64,000 nucleotides of DNA. Origin: Carpediemonas membranifera BICM. Its lineage: Eukaryota; Protista; Fornicata. The translations under genes were made by a program, and so were the position numbers. Below, in pieces: positions 53,058 through 62,721 of the stretch. Where the stretch lies: the NCBI GenBank assembly GCA_019828565.1, contig JAHDYR010000035.1, positions 165,390 to 229,389 on the forward strand. Direction: 5' to 3'. The notes under the pieces are model-generated. The model was not told the origin of the DNA and made no database searches. It saw only the letters and a program-made list of their open reading frames with translations. Within the stretch, counting starts at the first letter, position 1, and each line of letters starts with the position of its first letter.

Positions 53058-53086
53058 ATAAAATTTGGCAAATTGCGAATTAACCT

Positions 53087-53159
53087 AGCGCCCAATGGAA
53101 GTTGAATCCATGACCTATCGGACTGCAGCCGATTGCTCTACCAACTGAGCTATAGACGC
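53087..53159 (-). tRNA. tRNA-Cys(GCA)
   Basis: Acceptor GCGTCTA/TGGGCGC, D arm GCTC/GAGC, anticodon arm ATCGG-CTGCAGT-CCGAT, T arm ATGGA/TCCAT, discriminator U. Confidence 0.93.
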
Positions 53160-53843
53160 TTGCATATCATCGATATGTAAGCTATCACGCCTCGGGCGTG
53201 GCTCACGCCCTGACACTGCTGGGTCAGGGTGTGTCAGAACAGGATTCCGGGGACACGAGAAAGATGGCCAAAATATTTAGAAAATCTCGAAAGATATGAT
53301 TGTGGATACGGTCTTGATCCGTCCCGATCGCGAGCAGATCGTATCCCTCCAGCAGAAACCGTGAGGATGGCCGAAGGCGACACGGATAACGCTGATCCGC
53401 CGCCTGTCACCATGGAGAGCCTTGCTGAGCTCATACAACAGCAGCAGAACGTCATTACGGCACTCCGTTCGGAGGTTTCATCGGTTAAGGACAGTACACG
53501 GGACCCGAGACGCCCGTCTCGGATAGGAGCCGTTGCTAAGGAGTACGACCACCTCCGCGAGACACTTGCCGACATCAGAGGTATCCTCAACAACCCGGAG
53601 ATGACGCGCGTCAACCAGATCGAAGCCGCGATCGAGGCGGTCTTCGAGCGCAGACTCGAGTTCCTACGGCTATATGACAGCCACTCCGACACCGCTGCGC
53701 GCTACTTCATGGCTATTTCGAGAGAAGAACGAGACGCGCAACGCTTCGTAGTGCTGGCCGCCAAGGCGGCCAAGGCCACCCCACCGCCTCCTCGACCCAA
53801 GCGGTTCCAGAGAGGCTTCGGCGGCTTCAGCCGCAACTCTCCC

Positions 53844-53904
53844 TGTGCCGGGGCGAAGAGATTGGAACATTTACATAAACTGCGGACGTGGATGCCTTAT
53901 GACA
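53844..53904 (-). repeat. 3' LTR (61 bp)
   Basis: Identical to 58364-58424. Confidence 0.95.
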
Positions 53905-56900
53905 TCCTACCCCCCTTAAGCTTGAGCTTGTGGGACTTGAGGTAGTCACGTGCCGCAGTGACGTGGCGGAGCCCGTCAGCGGGTTCCCATGTGGGATCGT
54001 AGTCGCCCTCCCAGCAGACGAGGAGCTGCAGTGTGCCGTTGCGGCGACGGTGCTTCTCGATGCCTTGCACGACGTACGTCTGCTCGTCGGAGGCGGCGAG
54101 GTTCTTCAGGCGGCTGAGCCCCGACTTGGTGTTGAAAGGAAGGACCTGGTCTACGTGAGCCATGAAGGGGGCGCTCTCGAAAAGGTCGACCAGCTGAAGG
54201 GTGTTGTTGTCCTTGATGGCGAGAATCTTGAACGGGCCGGCGAAGCCATGCAGCTTTGGGGTCTTCGTCCGGTTGAGCAGGACGAGGTCGCCTTCCTTGA
54301 AGCTAGTCGGCTGGCGGTCGGCGTTGGCCTTGGCGAGGCGCTTGTCTACAGTCTCGCGCTGCTTCTCGGCCGCCCTAGAGGTCAACTTGGAGAGGTGGGC
54401 TCGAAGTAAAGTGATGTAGGCTGAGGCTGAGGCAAGGGGCGAGTCATTGTCGCTCGGTCGGAGGATTCTAGCGACTGTGGAGCTGGGGTCGAGTTGGTCT
54501 CCATACAGCATGGCGTGGGGTGTGACCCCAGTGGCGCTGCAGGTGGTTGTGTTCAGCAGCAGCTGAACTACCGGAAGGAGGTCGCTCCAACGGGAGAACT
54601 TGTCGAATGGAGGATCAAACAGCGAAGATGCTTCATGACCTCCGCGTTACGACGCTCTACCAGCCCATTCGACTGAGGGTGGTAGGGGAGGGTGAATTGC
54701 TGGGTGATGTCCGCGCTTTCGAGCAGGGCCTTGACGACGTTGCCGGTGAACTCAGGCCCGTTGTCGGACTTGATGAACAGGGGAGTCCCATGACGGGTAA
54801 TCACCTGGCGCCAGAGGGCCTCTGACGCTGCATCAGCTGTGTTCTCGTCCGTCGCGGCCAACTCAGTGTAGCGAGTAAACATATCGACCATAACTGTGAT
54901 GTATCTGGAGCCGACTGCGTCTGCCGGGATTGGACCAATAGTATCCACTGCGACAGTGTGGAACGGTTTGTACACTGCTGTTGTGCGGAGCTCTGCCTCG
55001 GCGAAGTTGCGTAGGCGAGCTTTCTGGCACTCGTCACATGAGGCGATGAACTCCTCGACATCTGTTGTGCAGCCTGTCCAGGTATAGCCGTCTGCTCTCA
55101 GGCGTTCGATGGTAGCCTTGGCGCCGTGGTGTCCTCTGTGGGCGATCTGTATCAGCTCCTTTCGGAGGGGTCTGCACACGGTTGAAGTAGGGATGACGAC
55201 GAGGCCGTCCTTGCGGCGAAGACCGTCGCTGTCTACGGTCAGCTTGGAGACGGTAGAGTCGTCTGTCTGGTGTTTGATGAGTGTGTCATGGTAGCGGGAG
55301 TCAGTCGTGATGGCTGCGACAGTGGGCGAGGTCGAGTGACCGCAGCGGCTCAGCGCGTCTGCGACTGCGTTCTGTAGGCCGGGAACGTGCTCGACATCGA
55401 ACTTGTAGTCTGCTAATGTCAGTCTCCACCGGTTGATCTTGTCGTTCTCGGATGACTTGGCGATCATGTAAATAAGATTACGGTGGTCGGTCCGTAGGAG
55501 GAACCTCTTCAGGCGTAGGAGGGGTGACAGGGTCGGGTGTGTAAGGCAAAAGACAATGGCAAATAGCTCCTGCTCACACGTGGCCCAGCGCGACTGGGTT
55601 GACGTGAATGTGTGAGAGAAGTAGGCGAGGACCTGTGTCTTGTCGTCCTTTGTCTGCCATAGTACGCCGCCTGCTCCGATGTTGCTAGCGTCTGTCTCGA
55701 GCGTCCAGTCGGCGTCGGCGTCCGGATGTGCGATAAAGAGATCGTCAGTGAACAGGGTCTTCAGGCCGTCGAAAGCGGCGTCGTGCTCCGCTGTCCATTC
55801 CCACAGACGGTCCTTTTGCAGAAGATCGTTGAGAGGTCTCATGTACTCGTGTCGTGTATGGGGAACGAATGATGCGAGGTACTGGAACTGTCCGAGGACT
55901 ACGCGAAGCTCGTGGACGTTGGTGGGTGCAGGTAGATCGCGTAGGGCTTGGGTCCTGGCTGGGTCGACGTGTACTCCGGCCTGGTCGACCGTAAAGCCGA
56001 CAATCTTGGCGCTGGTGGTGCCGAAGACTCCCTTCTTGGCGCTGAACTGAACGCCTGCAGCGTCCGCGCGTGTGAGCAGGTCGCGGAGAATGCGTAGGAA
56101 GGAGTCATCGTCACGGGCGTAGATGAATATGTCGTCGATGTAGGGGTTGGCGCCCTTGTACAACAGTGGGGCGAGCATGCCTTCGATCTCCCGCTGGAAG
56201 TGAGAAGGCGCGTTGCAAAGGCCGAACGGCATCCTGAGGAATTCCTCGTAGACGCCCGGGGCGGTGAAGGCCGTCTTAGGCACGTCGTCTGGGTGCATGG
56301 CCACCTGCCAGTAGCCCGACGTCAGGTCTAGCGTCGCAAAGCGTGTGCAGCCCGACGCGAGGTTGCGGAGTTCTCGCATGTTGGGGATCGGGTGCCGGTC
56401 GGGTACTGTCCAAGAGTTGAGGCGGCCGTAGTCGATACAGAGACGGTAGGCGTCGCCCTTTGCGACCAGGACGATGGGGCTTGCGTAAGGCCCCTCAGAG
56501 GGCTGTGTGATCTCGTCCTGGCGCAGGCGCTCGACGTATGGCAACAGCCACTCCAGCTTCTTCGGGTGTAGGTTGCGCGGGCGAAGACGGATCGGAGGGG
56601 CGTTGTCGTAAAGCGGGATGCGCATAGGGGCAAACGAGCACGGCTGTTTGCTTATGACGGGGTCGAATAGGTGATCGAACCGACGGAGGATCGAATGTAG
56701 CTCGTCGGTCTGGGCCTTGGTGGAGAGCTCGTGTATCTCACACGCGTCGGTGTGAAACTCGCTTGAGGAGACGGCCTCGACGGGGGCGTCGAGGTACTTG
56801 TGGAGTGGGAGGCCATCGGTGGCGTCCTCCGGGCGTGAATCCGGAAGAAGTGGGATGTGGAGGCCACTCTCGGAGAGATAACCGAGCGCGCGAAGCACGT

Positions 56901-58347
56901 CGCATCCAATGAGCACACGTTCAGTGGCGCGCGTCATGATGTAGAGGATGAGATCGACGATGACGTTTCCAGATGTGCTGGGCAACGTGATCCGCGCTTG
57001 GACGTAGTGAGTGATGAGGATGGGCTCATTGGTAACGGACTGAACAGTAAATGGCTTTTCAAGCTCATGTGTGACGAGTTGGAGCGTCTTAACGGAGGTT
57101 GTGGAGATGATCGTGATTGCGGAGCCGCTATCGATCAATATCACCTGTTCTTGGTCATTCACAGCTCCCTTAACTGAGAATGCAGTTGAAGCGGCAACTT
57201 CTTCGATAAAGGCATCATCACAAGCATTGTGTGCGACTTCGACTTCGTGGACTCCTGGACGAGAGTTGATCAGCTTGGATCTGTCCCGGAGCACCATGTT
57301 CCCAGCGCGTCTCTCGTCGGGGCGAGGCTGTGGCTGCTGGGATGACTGTTGCTGCTGCTTCTGAGCAGCTGGTGCCGGCTGTGGCTGAGCCGGTTTGTTG
57401 GCCGCTTGGGGCTGGCGTTGCGGCTGAGGTGCCGGTCTGGCGTCGCGGGCCGCGGCGGGGTGGCCTTTGGTAGCCTGGGGCTGTCCGGGCGTGCTGCCGC
57501 GGTGCGGGCAATCAGCCTTCCAGTGCATGCCTCCACAGGAGCACGCGTATGGAGGAGGGCGCCGGCGCTCGCGGCGGGATCTGGTGTTGGCGTTCTGGCT
57601 ATGTTTCGGGCCAGTGCTGGAGCTCGTGATGGAGCTCGTGCTGGAGGATGTGATGGATATGTCTTGAATCACGCTTCCGAGGACTTCACGGGCGTCAATG
57701 GCGTGCAGTATGAGCTCGCGCGTGTGCACAAATAAGCTATCGATGTCCCGGGCGCCAGAGAGGTCCCACTTTTGCTGAATACGGTTGGCAAGTGAGACCG
57801 GGCGAAGGGCGGCGATAAAAGCTTTGGCGATGATCTTATCGAGTCCGCGGGTGGGGCTGGCTTTTCTCGGGGTGTCCTGCTCACTCGGCGTGCTGTCTGG
57901 CTTCTGGGTGATGACCTTGCTGAGGGCGGCCTCGTCTTCATCCACCTCGGCGGGCTCGGGCTCTGGCTTGGCGCCGAGCTCGGCGTTGAGAAGGGCATGG
58001 GCGTGGGAGCGCAGCTCCTCGGTCTCAGCCATGAGACGAGATACGGCCTCGATCGTGGACTTGGTTCGGTCCTGCGTGAGGGCCCGGATTTCTTGGATGG
58101 TTTTCTCAAGGGTTCTCGGGAAAGAAAGAGCGGTGATTTCGGCGAGAAGTTCTGCGTCGTTGAGTGCTTCGACGTCGACGTTGCGGACAAATCGGACATG
58201 ACTGACTTGATCCTCGGTGAGGCACTCGTAAGCCGTTATGACGGTTGTGGTAGGAGCATGCTTCTGCGCGAACGTGAGGGCGCGTTTGAACGCGCGAACG
58301 GACTCTCTAGAGAAGTCCGATAGTGATGGCGGAATCCAATTATTCAT
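53897..58347 (-). CDS. Gag-PR-RT-RNaseH-IN-chromodomain polyprotein (one 1-bp frameshift near 54600)
   Basis: Zn knuckle CSCGGMHWKADC, LIDSGS, LDLTSGYWQ, YIDD, ETDAS, HHCC plus VDTIG/SDNG/VER integrase, chromodomain YVVQGIEKHR...LLVCWEG...TWEP. Confidence 0.92.
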
Positions 58348-58363
58348 TTCGGAAAGTGATCAC

Positions 58364-58424
58364 TGTGCCGGGGCGAAGAGATTGGAACATTTACATAAAC
58401 TGCGGACGTGGATGCCTTATGACA
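58364..58424 (-). repeat. 5' LTR (61 bp)
   Basis: Identical to 53844-53904. Confidence 0.95.
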
Positions 58425-58520
58425 TCCCCGCTTCAACAACAACAACCGTCGTGCCCCGGCAACCGACCTCGGACCGGGGCGGGCCCAGTAGAGGCCAGAG
58501 AAGGGTTAAGCCTGAACCCG

Positions 58521-61500
58521 ATGACTATAAAAGGCTCGATATACTTCGAAGAGTTTGTTTGCAATGGAAAGAGAAGAAGCACAAGAAGATCAGCAAGACA
58601 CCTCCACCCAGTGTATACAGGGGCTGACGGGCTCGATGAGCCGTCGGTGGATGAGGTGGGAGGCCCTCGGGGCCAGCAGGGAGGTGGTGCAACTGTTACG
58701 AGAGGGAGTGAAGGTCACCCCGGCAGCACCGGCGCTCAATGCGCACCTCCAGAAGGAGACAGACACGATGAAGGCTCTACTAGAGGAGCTACTGCAACAG
58801 AAAGCAATAGAGAAGGGCGAGGCGACGACAATATGCCCCCTGTTTACATTAGAGAAGAAGATCGCAGGCAGCTACCGTCTGATACACGACCTGAGACCGG
58901 TCAATGCATACCAAGAGGACCTAACATTCAGGCTGAAGGGCCTAGCAGAGATACAGCATGGCGTTCCGAGAAACTCGTGGGGAATAACATTGGACATGAA
59001 GTCCGGGTACTACCAGCTCCTAGTGGAGGAGAACTCACGACAGGAACTCGGATTCTCGTTCGAGGGAGAACAATACAGATGGAGAGGACTCCCTTTCGGC
59101 CTCTCAACGGCGCCACGGCAGTTTCAGTCGGTTACGTCACAGATGGCGAAGATCTTGCGCTCACTTCTCGAAGGACTGATAATATACGTGTATCTGGACG
59201 ATCTGCTCATAATCAGTCGCTCGAGAGTGTCGTTGAGCGCCCAGGTCCCACGGATCTTAGAGATCTTGGACTCACTTGGAGTCGTCCTATCGAGAGAGAA
59301 GTGCCACTTGACCCCGTCCCAGAGGGTAACTTACTTGGGCGTGATAGTCGACTTGCGCGAGATGACGATGTCGCTGCCAGAGGAGAAGAGGGCTCAGTAC
59401 AGCAGTCTCATAGCCAACCTGCAACTCAAGAGACACACAAAGCGGGACCTTCAGACCCTTCACGGAAAGCTACTCTTCTGCCGGTTCGCACTAGGGACGC
59501 GGGCACTTGTCCGGCTCAGAGAGCTGCAGGTCAGGATCGCTGGCTGCGACGACCGAGTGCGGTACCCAAAGTCCAGCCTGCCCCAGGACCTACGAACGGA
59601 CCTGCGGTGGTGGGCCAGACAGCTATCATCCGATCCGGCATGGTACTTCGGCCCAAGAGGCCAGGTACTTCGTATGGAGACCGACGCGTCGGACTATGCG
59701 TTCGGCGCGACGCTGTTTGTCGAAGACACGTCCCTCAACATCCAGGGCAGGTTCTCAGAGGCACAATGCTCCAAGAGCATCAACGCGAAGGAGCTATGGG
59801 CAATGGAGGAAGGCCTGCGGAGATGGACGAGCGACATTCAGGAGAGGGACCTACTCCTAGCCGGGGACAACACATCAGCGCTTTCATGGGTCCTGAAGTC
59901 AAGCACCAGAGCCCCCCGACACATCAGAAGGACGATTGTGAAGCTTCACGACTACTTGTTCGAGATTGGCTGCAGGATAAGAACCAAGCACATTCCAGGG
60001 AGATACAACACGACTGCCGACGGGCTGTCCAGGTACCGGAAGCTGGACTGGAACTCACCCGCGGCGATGCTCCAGAGCGCGCTGGAACGATGGGGGTCAG
60101 TAGACCGATCACTCTTCTGCGCGGAGAGATTCCTGCCGGAGGACCACGACTTCCAGACGGACGCATTTACATGCAATTGGTCAGAGATGAGGTCATTGGC
60201 GGTCCCACCAGTCAGCCTACTGGACAAGGTCATCGCCAGGGCGGAGGAGATCGCCACGTCAGACGAGACGCACCCCGCACTGCAGCAGAGAGGCCTATTA
60301 GTCATCGCACCACAACGCAGGACGAACTCCAACGCCAGACTGGCAGCCATAGCACAGGACTGGTTCGAGGCAGCGTTCCCGACCAGCTGGTGGGCCCACA
60401 CGGAGATAGGGAGCCTCTTCACAGGCAAGCAGAGAGCGACGTTCATAGCCTACTGGATCCCGATCGCCACAGAGACCTCGTCCTCACAGCCGGGGGAGTC
60501 CTGCAACAGAGAGCGAGAGAACGTATCGCCAGCGGAAGACAGGAGGAGCACAGGTGGCGAAGAAGCCCCAGAGAGTTCGAGACAGGCCTCAGAGATCAGA
60601 TACTCGGAGCAGCACTCATCAGGGACCGGGAACGGAGCACCCGAGAGCGCATAGCCGTGGAGACGGCAAAGTACATCAGTTTTGCAGAACGTATGATGGA
60701 GGAAGAGGAGGAAGCTGGAGAGAACAGAGACACGGTAGGAGCAAGGGCAGAAACAGCCGTTTTCCTGGGCGAGATGGCACAACGCATTAGGGACGCAGAC
60801 TGGAGAGCAGAAGTCGAAGAGATCGCACAGATGGCGCCTGATGACGACTACCTCCTACACTACATGATACAAGAGATCCCTTTCATTGCCAAGGACACAT
60901 TCCTCGTCAAGGAAGCAAATATCAGGACTGGCCTAGAGTCGATCAACCATGGTCTGGAGAGCTCACCCATCCACAGGGCTCTTATACGCGCGTGTGCAAG
61001 AATGGCCGGCAAGTGCGAGCTCACTGTGGGTCGTAAGACTGGAAAGGCATACCCGGTGACAGTCGAGCAGCTGAAGAGAGCAGCAGCCGCGGCGCGCAAG
61101 ACCAAGTCACCGGCGCTCACGCAGGCAGTAGCCTTCGGACTGACGTGCTTCTCCACCGTCAGCAGATCAGGGGAGATAATGAGCTTACTCACGACCGACG
61201 TTCGGCGGGTGAGAGAGGGCTACGAGATCACTATTCGAAGATCCAAGACCAGGGATGAGCCCATGGTGAAGCTGATCCCACTACTAGCAGCAGGAGGCTT
61301 AAGCCCAGCCAAGTGGCTGAGAGCACACCTCAACGACATTCAGACGGAAGGACCCCTGTGGAGATCCATACAGCACACCGAGAGCCTGCTGAGAGACAAC
61401 TGCCTTCCACTGACAGCAACAAGGTGGCGCAGATGGGAGATGATCATGGACGTCAACGAGGTCTTCAAGGCAACAGGACACAGCTTCAGACGTGGAGCCG

Positions 61501-61637
61501 TCGTTCACATGATCGATGAAGGGCGTTCCCCATTGGTTATTCAGGCACTAGGAGGCTGGAAGTCGATCGATTCGGTGAATAGATACTGTGAAGAGGCCAT
61601 TCGAATCTCACAGCATGCTCTGCAGAGAAGAACATAG
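58521..61637 (+). CDS. Tyrosine recombinase ORF of family 3 (1038 aa; N-terminal ~700 codons overlap pol in another frame)
   Basis: VSRSGEI, RSKT, HSFRRG, GGW, NRY; the frame is open from the ATG just after the gag stop. Confidence 0.85.
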   Translation: MTIKGSIYFEEFVCNGKRRSTRRSARHLHPVYTGADGLDEPSVDEVGGPRGQQGGGATVTRGSEGHPGSTGAQCAPPEGDRHDEGSTRGATATESNREGRGDDNMPPVYIREEDRRQLPSDTRPETGQCIPRGPNIQAEGPSRDTAWRSEKLVGNNIGHEVRVLPAPSGGELTTGTRILVRGRTIQMERTPFRPLNGATAVSVGYVTDGEDLALTSRRTDNIRVSGRSAHNQSLESVVERPGPTDLRDLGLTWSRPIEREVPLDPVPEGNLLGRDSRLARDDDVAARGEEGSVQQSHSQPATQETHKAGPSDPSRKATLLPVRTRDAGTCPAQRAAGQDRWLRRPSAVPKVQPAPGPTNGPAVVGQTAIIRSGMVLRPKRPGTSYGDRRVGLCVRRDAVCRRHVPQHPGQVLRGTMLQEHQREGAMGNGGRPAEMDERHSGEGPTPSRGQHISAFMGPEVKHQSPPTHQKDDCEASRLLVRDWLQDKNQAHSREIQHDCRRAVQVPEAGLELTRGDAPERAGTMGVSRPITLLRGEIPAGGPRLPDGRIYMQLVRDEVIGGPTSQPTGQGHRQGGGDRHVRRDAPRTAAERPISHRTTTQDELQRQTGSHSTGLVRGSVPDQLVGPHGDREPLHRQAESDVHSLLDPDRHRDLVLTAGGVLQQRARERIASGRQEEHRWRRSPREFETGLRDQILGAALIRDRERSTRERIAVETAKYISFAERMMEEEEEAGENRDTVGARAETAVFLGEMAQRIRDADWRAEVEEIAQMAPDDDYLLHYMIQEIPFIAKDTFLVKEANIRTGLESINHGLESSPIHRALIRACARMAGKCELTVGRKTGKAYPVTVEQLKRAAAAARKTKSPALTQAVAFGLTCFSTVSRSGEIMSLLTTDVRRVREGYEITIRRSKTRDEPMVKLIPLLAAGGLSPAKWLRAHLNDIQTEGPLWRSIQHTESLLRDNCLPLTATRWRRWEMIMDVNEVFKATGHSFRRGAVVHMIDEGRSPLVIQALGGWKSIDSVNRYCEEAIRISQHALQRRT
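58564..60654 (+). CDS. RT-RNaseH-methyltransferase-like pol of family 3, intact
   Basis: RLIHDLRPVN, LDMKSGYYQ, LPFGLSTAP, YLDD, TDAS, GDN, TADGLSR; MT-like DRSLFCA, DAFTCNW, LAVPP. Confidence 0.93.
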   Translation: MEREEAQEDQQDTSTQCIQGLTGSMSRRWMRWEALGASREVVQLLREGVKVTPAAPALNAHLQKETDTMKALLEELLQQKAIEKGEATTICPLFTLEKKIAGSYRLIHDLRPVNAYQEDLTFRLKGLAEIQHGVPRNSWGITLDMKSGYYQLLVEENSRQELGFSFEGEQYRWRGLPFGLSTAPRQFQSVTSQMAKILRSLLEGLIIYVYLDDLLIISRSRVSLSAQVPRILEILDSLGVVLSREKCHLTPSQRVTYLGVIVDLREMTMSLPEEKRAQYSSLIANLQLKRHTKRDLQTLHGKLLFCRFALGTRALVRLRELQVRIAGCDDRVRYPKSSLPQDLRTDLRWWARQLSSDPAWYFGPRGQVLRMETDASDYAFGATLFVEDTSLNIQGRFSEAQCSKSINAKELWAMEEGLRRWTSDIQERDLLLAGDNTSALSWVLKSSTRAPRHIRRTIVKLHDYLFEIGCRIRTKHIPGRYNTTADGLSRYRKLDWNSPAAMLQSALERWGSVDRSLFCAERFLPEDHDFQTDAFTCNWSEMRSLAVPPVSLLDKVIARAEEIATSDETHPALQQRGLLVIAPQRRTNSNARLAAIAQDWFEAAFPTSWWAHTEIGSLFTGKQRATFIAYWIPIATETSSSQPGESCNRERENVSPAEDRRSTGGEEAPESSRQASEIRYSEQHSSGTGNGAPESA

Positions 61638-62020
61638 AATATAGGACATAAGAGAGCATTGTAGCAATTAAGGGAGATGAAACGGAACGAGGGGAAAAGA
61701 ATCAGGCAAGAGTTAGAGAAATGGATGTTTCTCGGATTCGGAACAGGAATTACATATGCCACGTATAACCGGCACAGAAGGTCATAAGTGCAGTAGAGGA
61801 AGGCTCAGGGGTACCATCGCAAGGTTAGATGGCGGGATGCATCAATTTGGAATAGTCGATTATCGTCGACCAAATGGTCGGTGGCGGGGCACGCCTTCAA
61901 TAGGACGTAGGGGTCCTGCGCCGGATACGGTTCGATTTGCTGATCTGATTCTGCGAAGAGGATCGAGATCAACTCCGAGCAAGTCAGTTCGGACGAAGGG
62001 CAAAGGAATAAGCTTTAGAG

Positions 62021-62539
62021 ATGGCACCGACCAACAACGAGACACCTGAGCAACTGCAGGAGACCATTGAGCAACAACGGGACATCGAAGTAACTCCGAA
62101 GTCCAACGAGCAACTCGAGCAGGAGCTCAAGACCTTGCGGGGCCTTATTTCCAACCTTGAGGATGAACGGAGCTCCAACAACTGGACCCCTCCGCATTCG
62201 GACTCCATGCGAGGGGAATGGGCCTTCCTTCAGCGCCTCTACCGAGCCATTCGGTTTGACGCGTCCACCTCATCAACCGAGCTCCTCAACAGGCTCTACT
62301 CTCGCCAGAGGGCCCTTGCCATCAAGGACCGCTACGGGTTCCACGTAGGCCTGGCGGTGGAAACCGCCACTGACGCTCTGCTCAGCGCTAAGCCAACTGC
62401 TACGGAGGCGATCATCGAGGAGAAGATCCTCTCCACCCTTTCCAAGATCCCCAGGCTTGGCGACCGCCAGCGTGAACGCGCTTCTTTTCAGCGCTCCCGT
62501 CGCCCACCGAAGCGAAGCGGCAAGCCCGCCAGAGATTAA
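62021..62539 (+). CDS. Gag-like protein of family 4, 172 aa
   Basis: Position, size, coiled coil, basic tail and a E-W/Y-x-x-L...L..R...L.I.D pattern shared with the other gags. Confidence 0.7.
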   Translation: MAPTNNETPEQLQETIEQQRDIEVTPKSNEQLEQELKTLRGLISNLEDERSSNNWTPPHSDSMRGEWAFLQRLYRAIRFDASTSSTELLNRLYSRQRALAIKDRYGFHVGLAVETATDALLSAKPTATEAIIEEKILSTLSKIPRLGDRQRERASFQRSRRPPKRSGKPARD

Positions 62540-62721
62540 GAAAACATCCGAAAAGACTCTCTCTAGGCGATCGCTCTCACTCTCTTGCCTCTCCCCACTC
62601 CTCCCCACCTCCCTCTCCGTCCCTACAAGGGCTGTCTCCCCCTCCGTCACCTCCTCCAGGGCCTCTTCAGCTTCCTCCGTCGCCTCCCGACAGTCAGCAC
62701 GCCAATCCGACCTTCCCGTCC

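Larger units (their letters stand above)
53844..58424 (-). mobile_element. Ty3/gypsy chromovirus-type LTR retrotransposon, 4581 bp, 61-bp identical LTRs, 4-bp TSD TCCC
   Basis: LTRs TG...CA at 53844-53904 and 58364-58424; TCCC at 53840-53843 and 58425-58428; PPT AAGGGGGGTAGGA adjacent to the 3' LTR. Confidence 0.95.
53367..58491 (+). pseudogene. Gag of family 3, split by insertion (53367-53843 + 58429-58491, 179 aa)
   Basis: Removing the LTR element and one TCCC copy gives ...FSRNSP|RFNNNNRRAPATDLGPGRAQ* in frame. Confidence 0.85.
53184..61750 (+). mobile_element. DIRS/PAT-like YR retrotransposon, family 3, interrupted by a Ty3/gypsy element (boundaries approximate)
   Basis: Hairpin-rich leader, split gag, intact RT-RH-MT and YR ORFs. 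No second terminal repeat copy was found inside the window. Confidence 0.85.

Noticed and set aside
53229-53945. 238-aa ORF as an intact gene
   Set aside because: It is a chimera of the family-3 gag and read-through into the inserted LTR.
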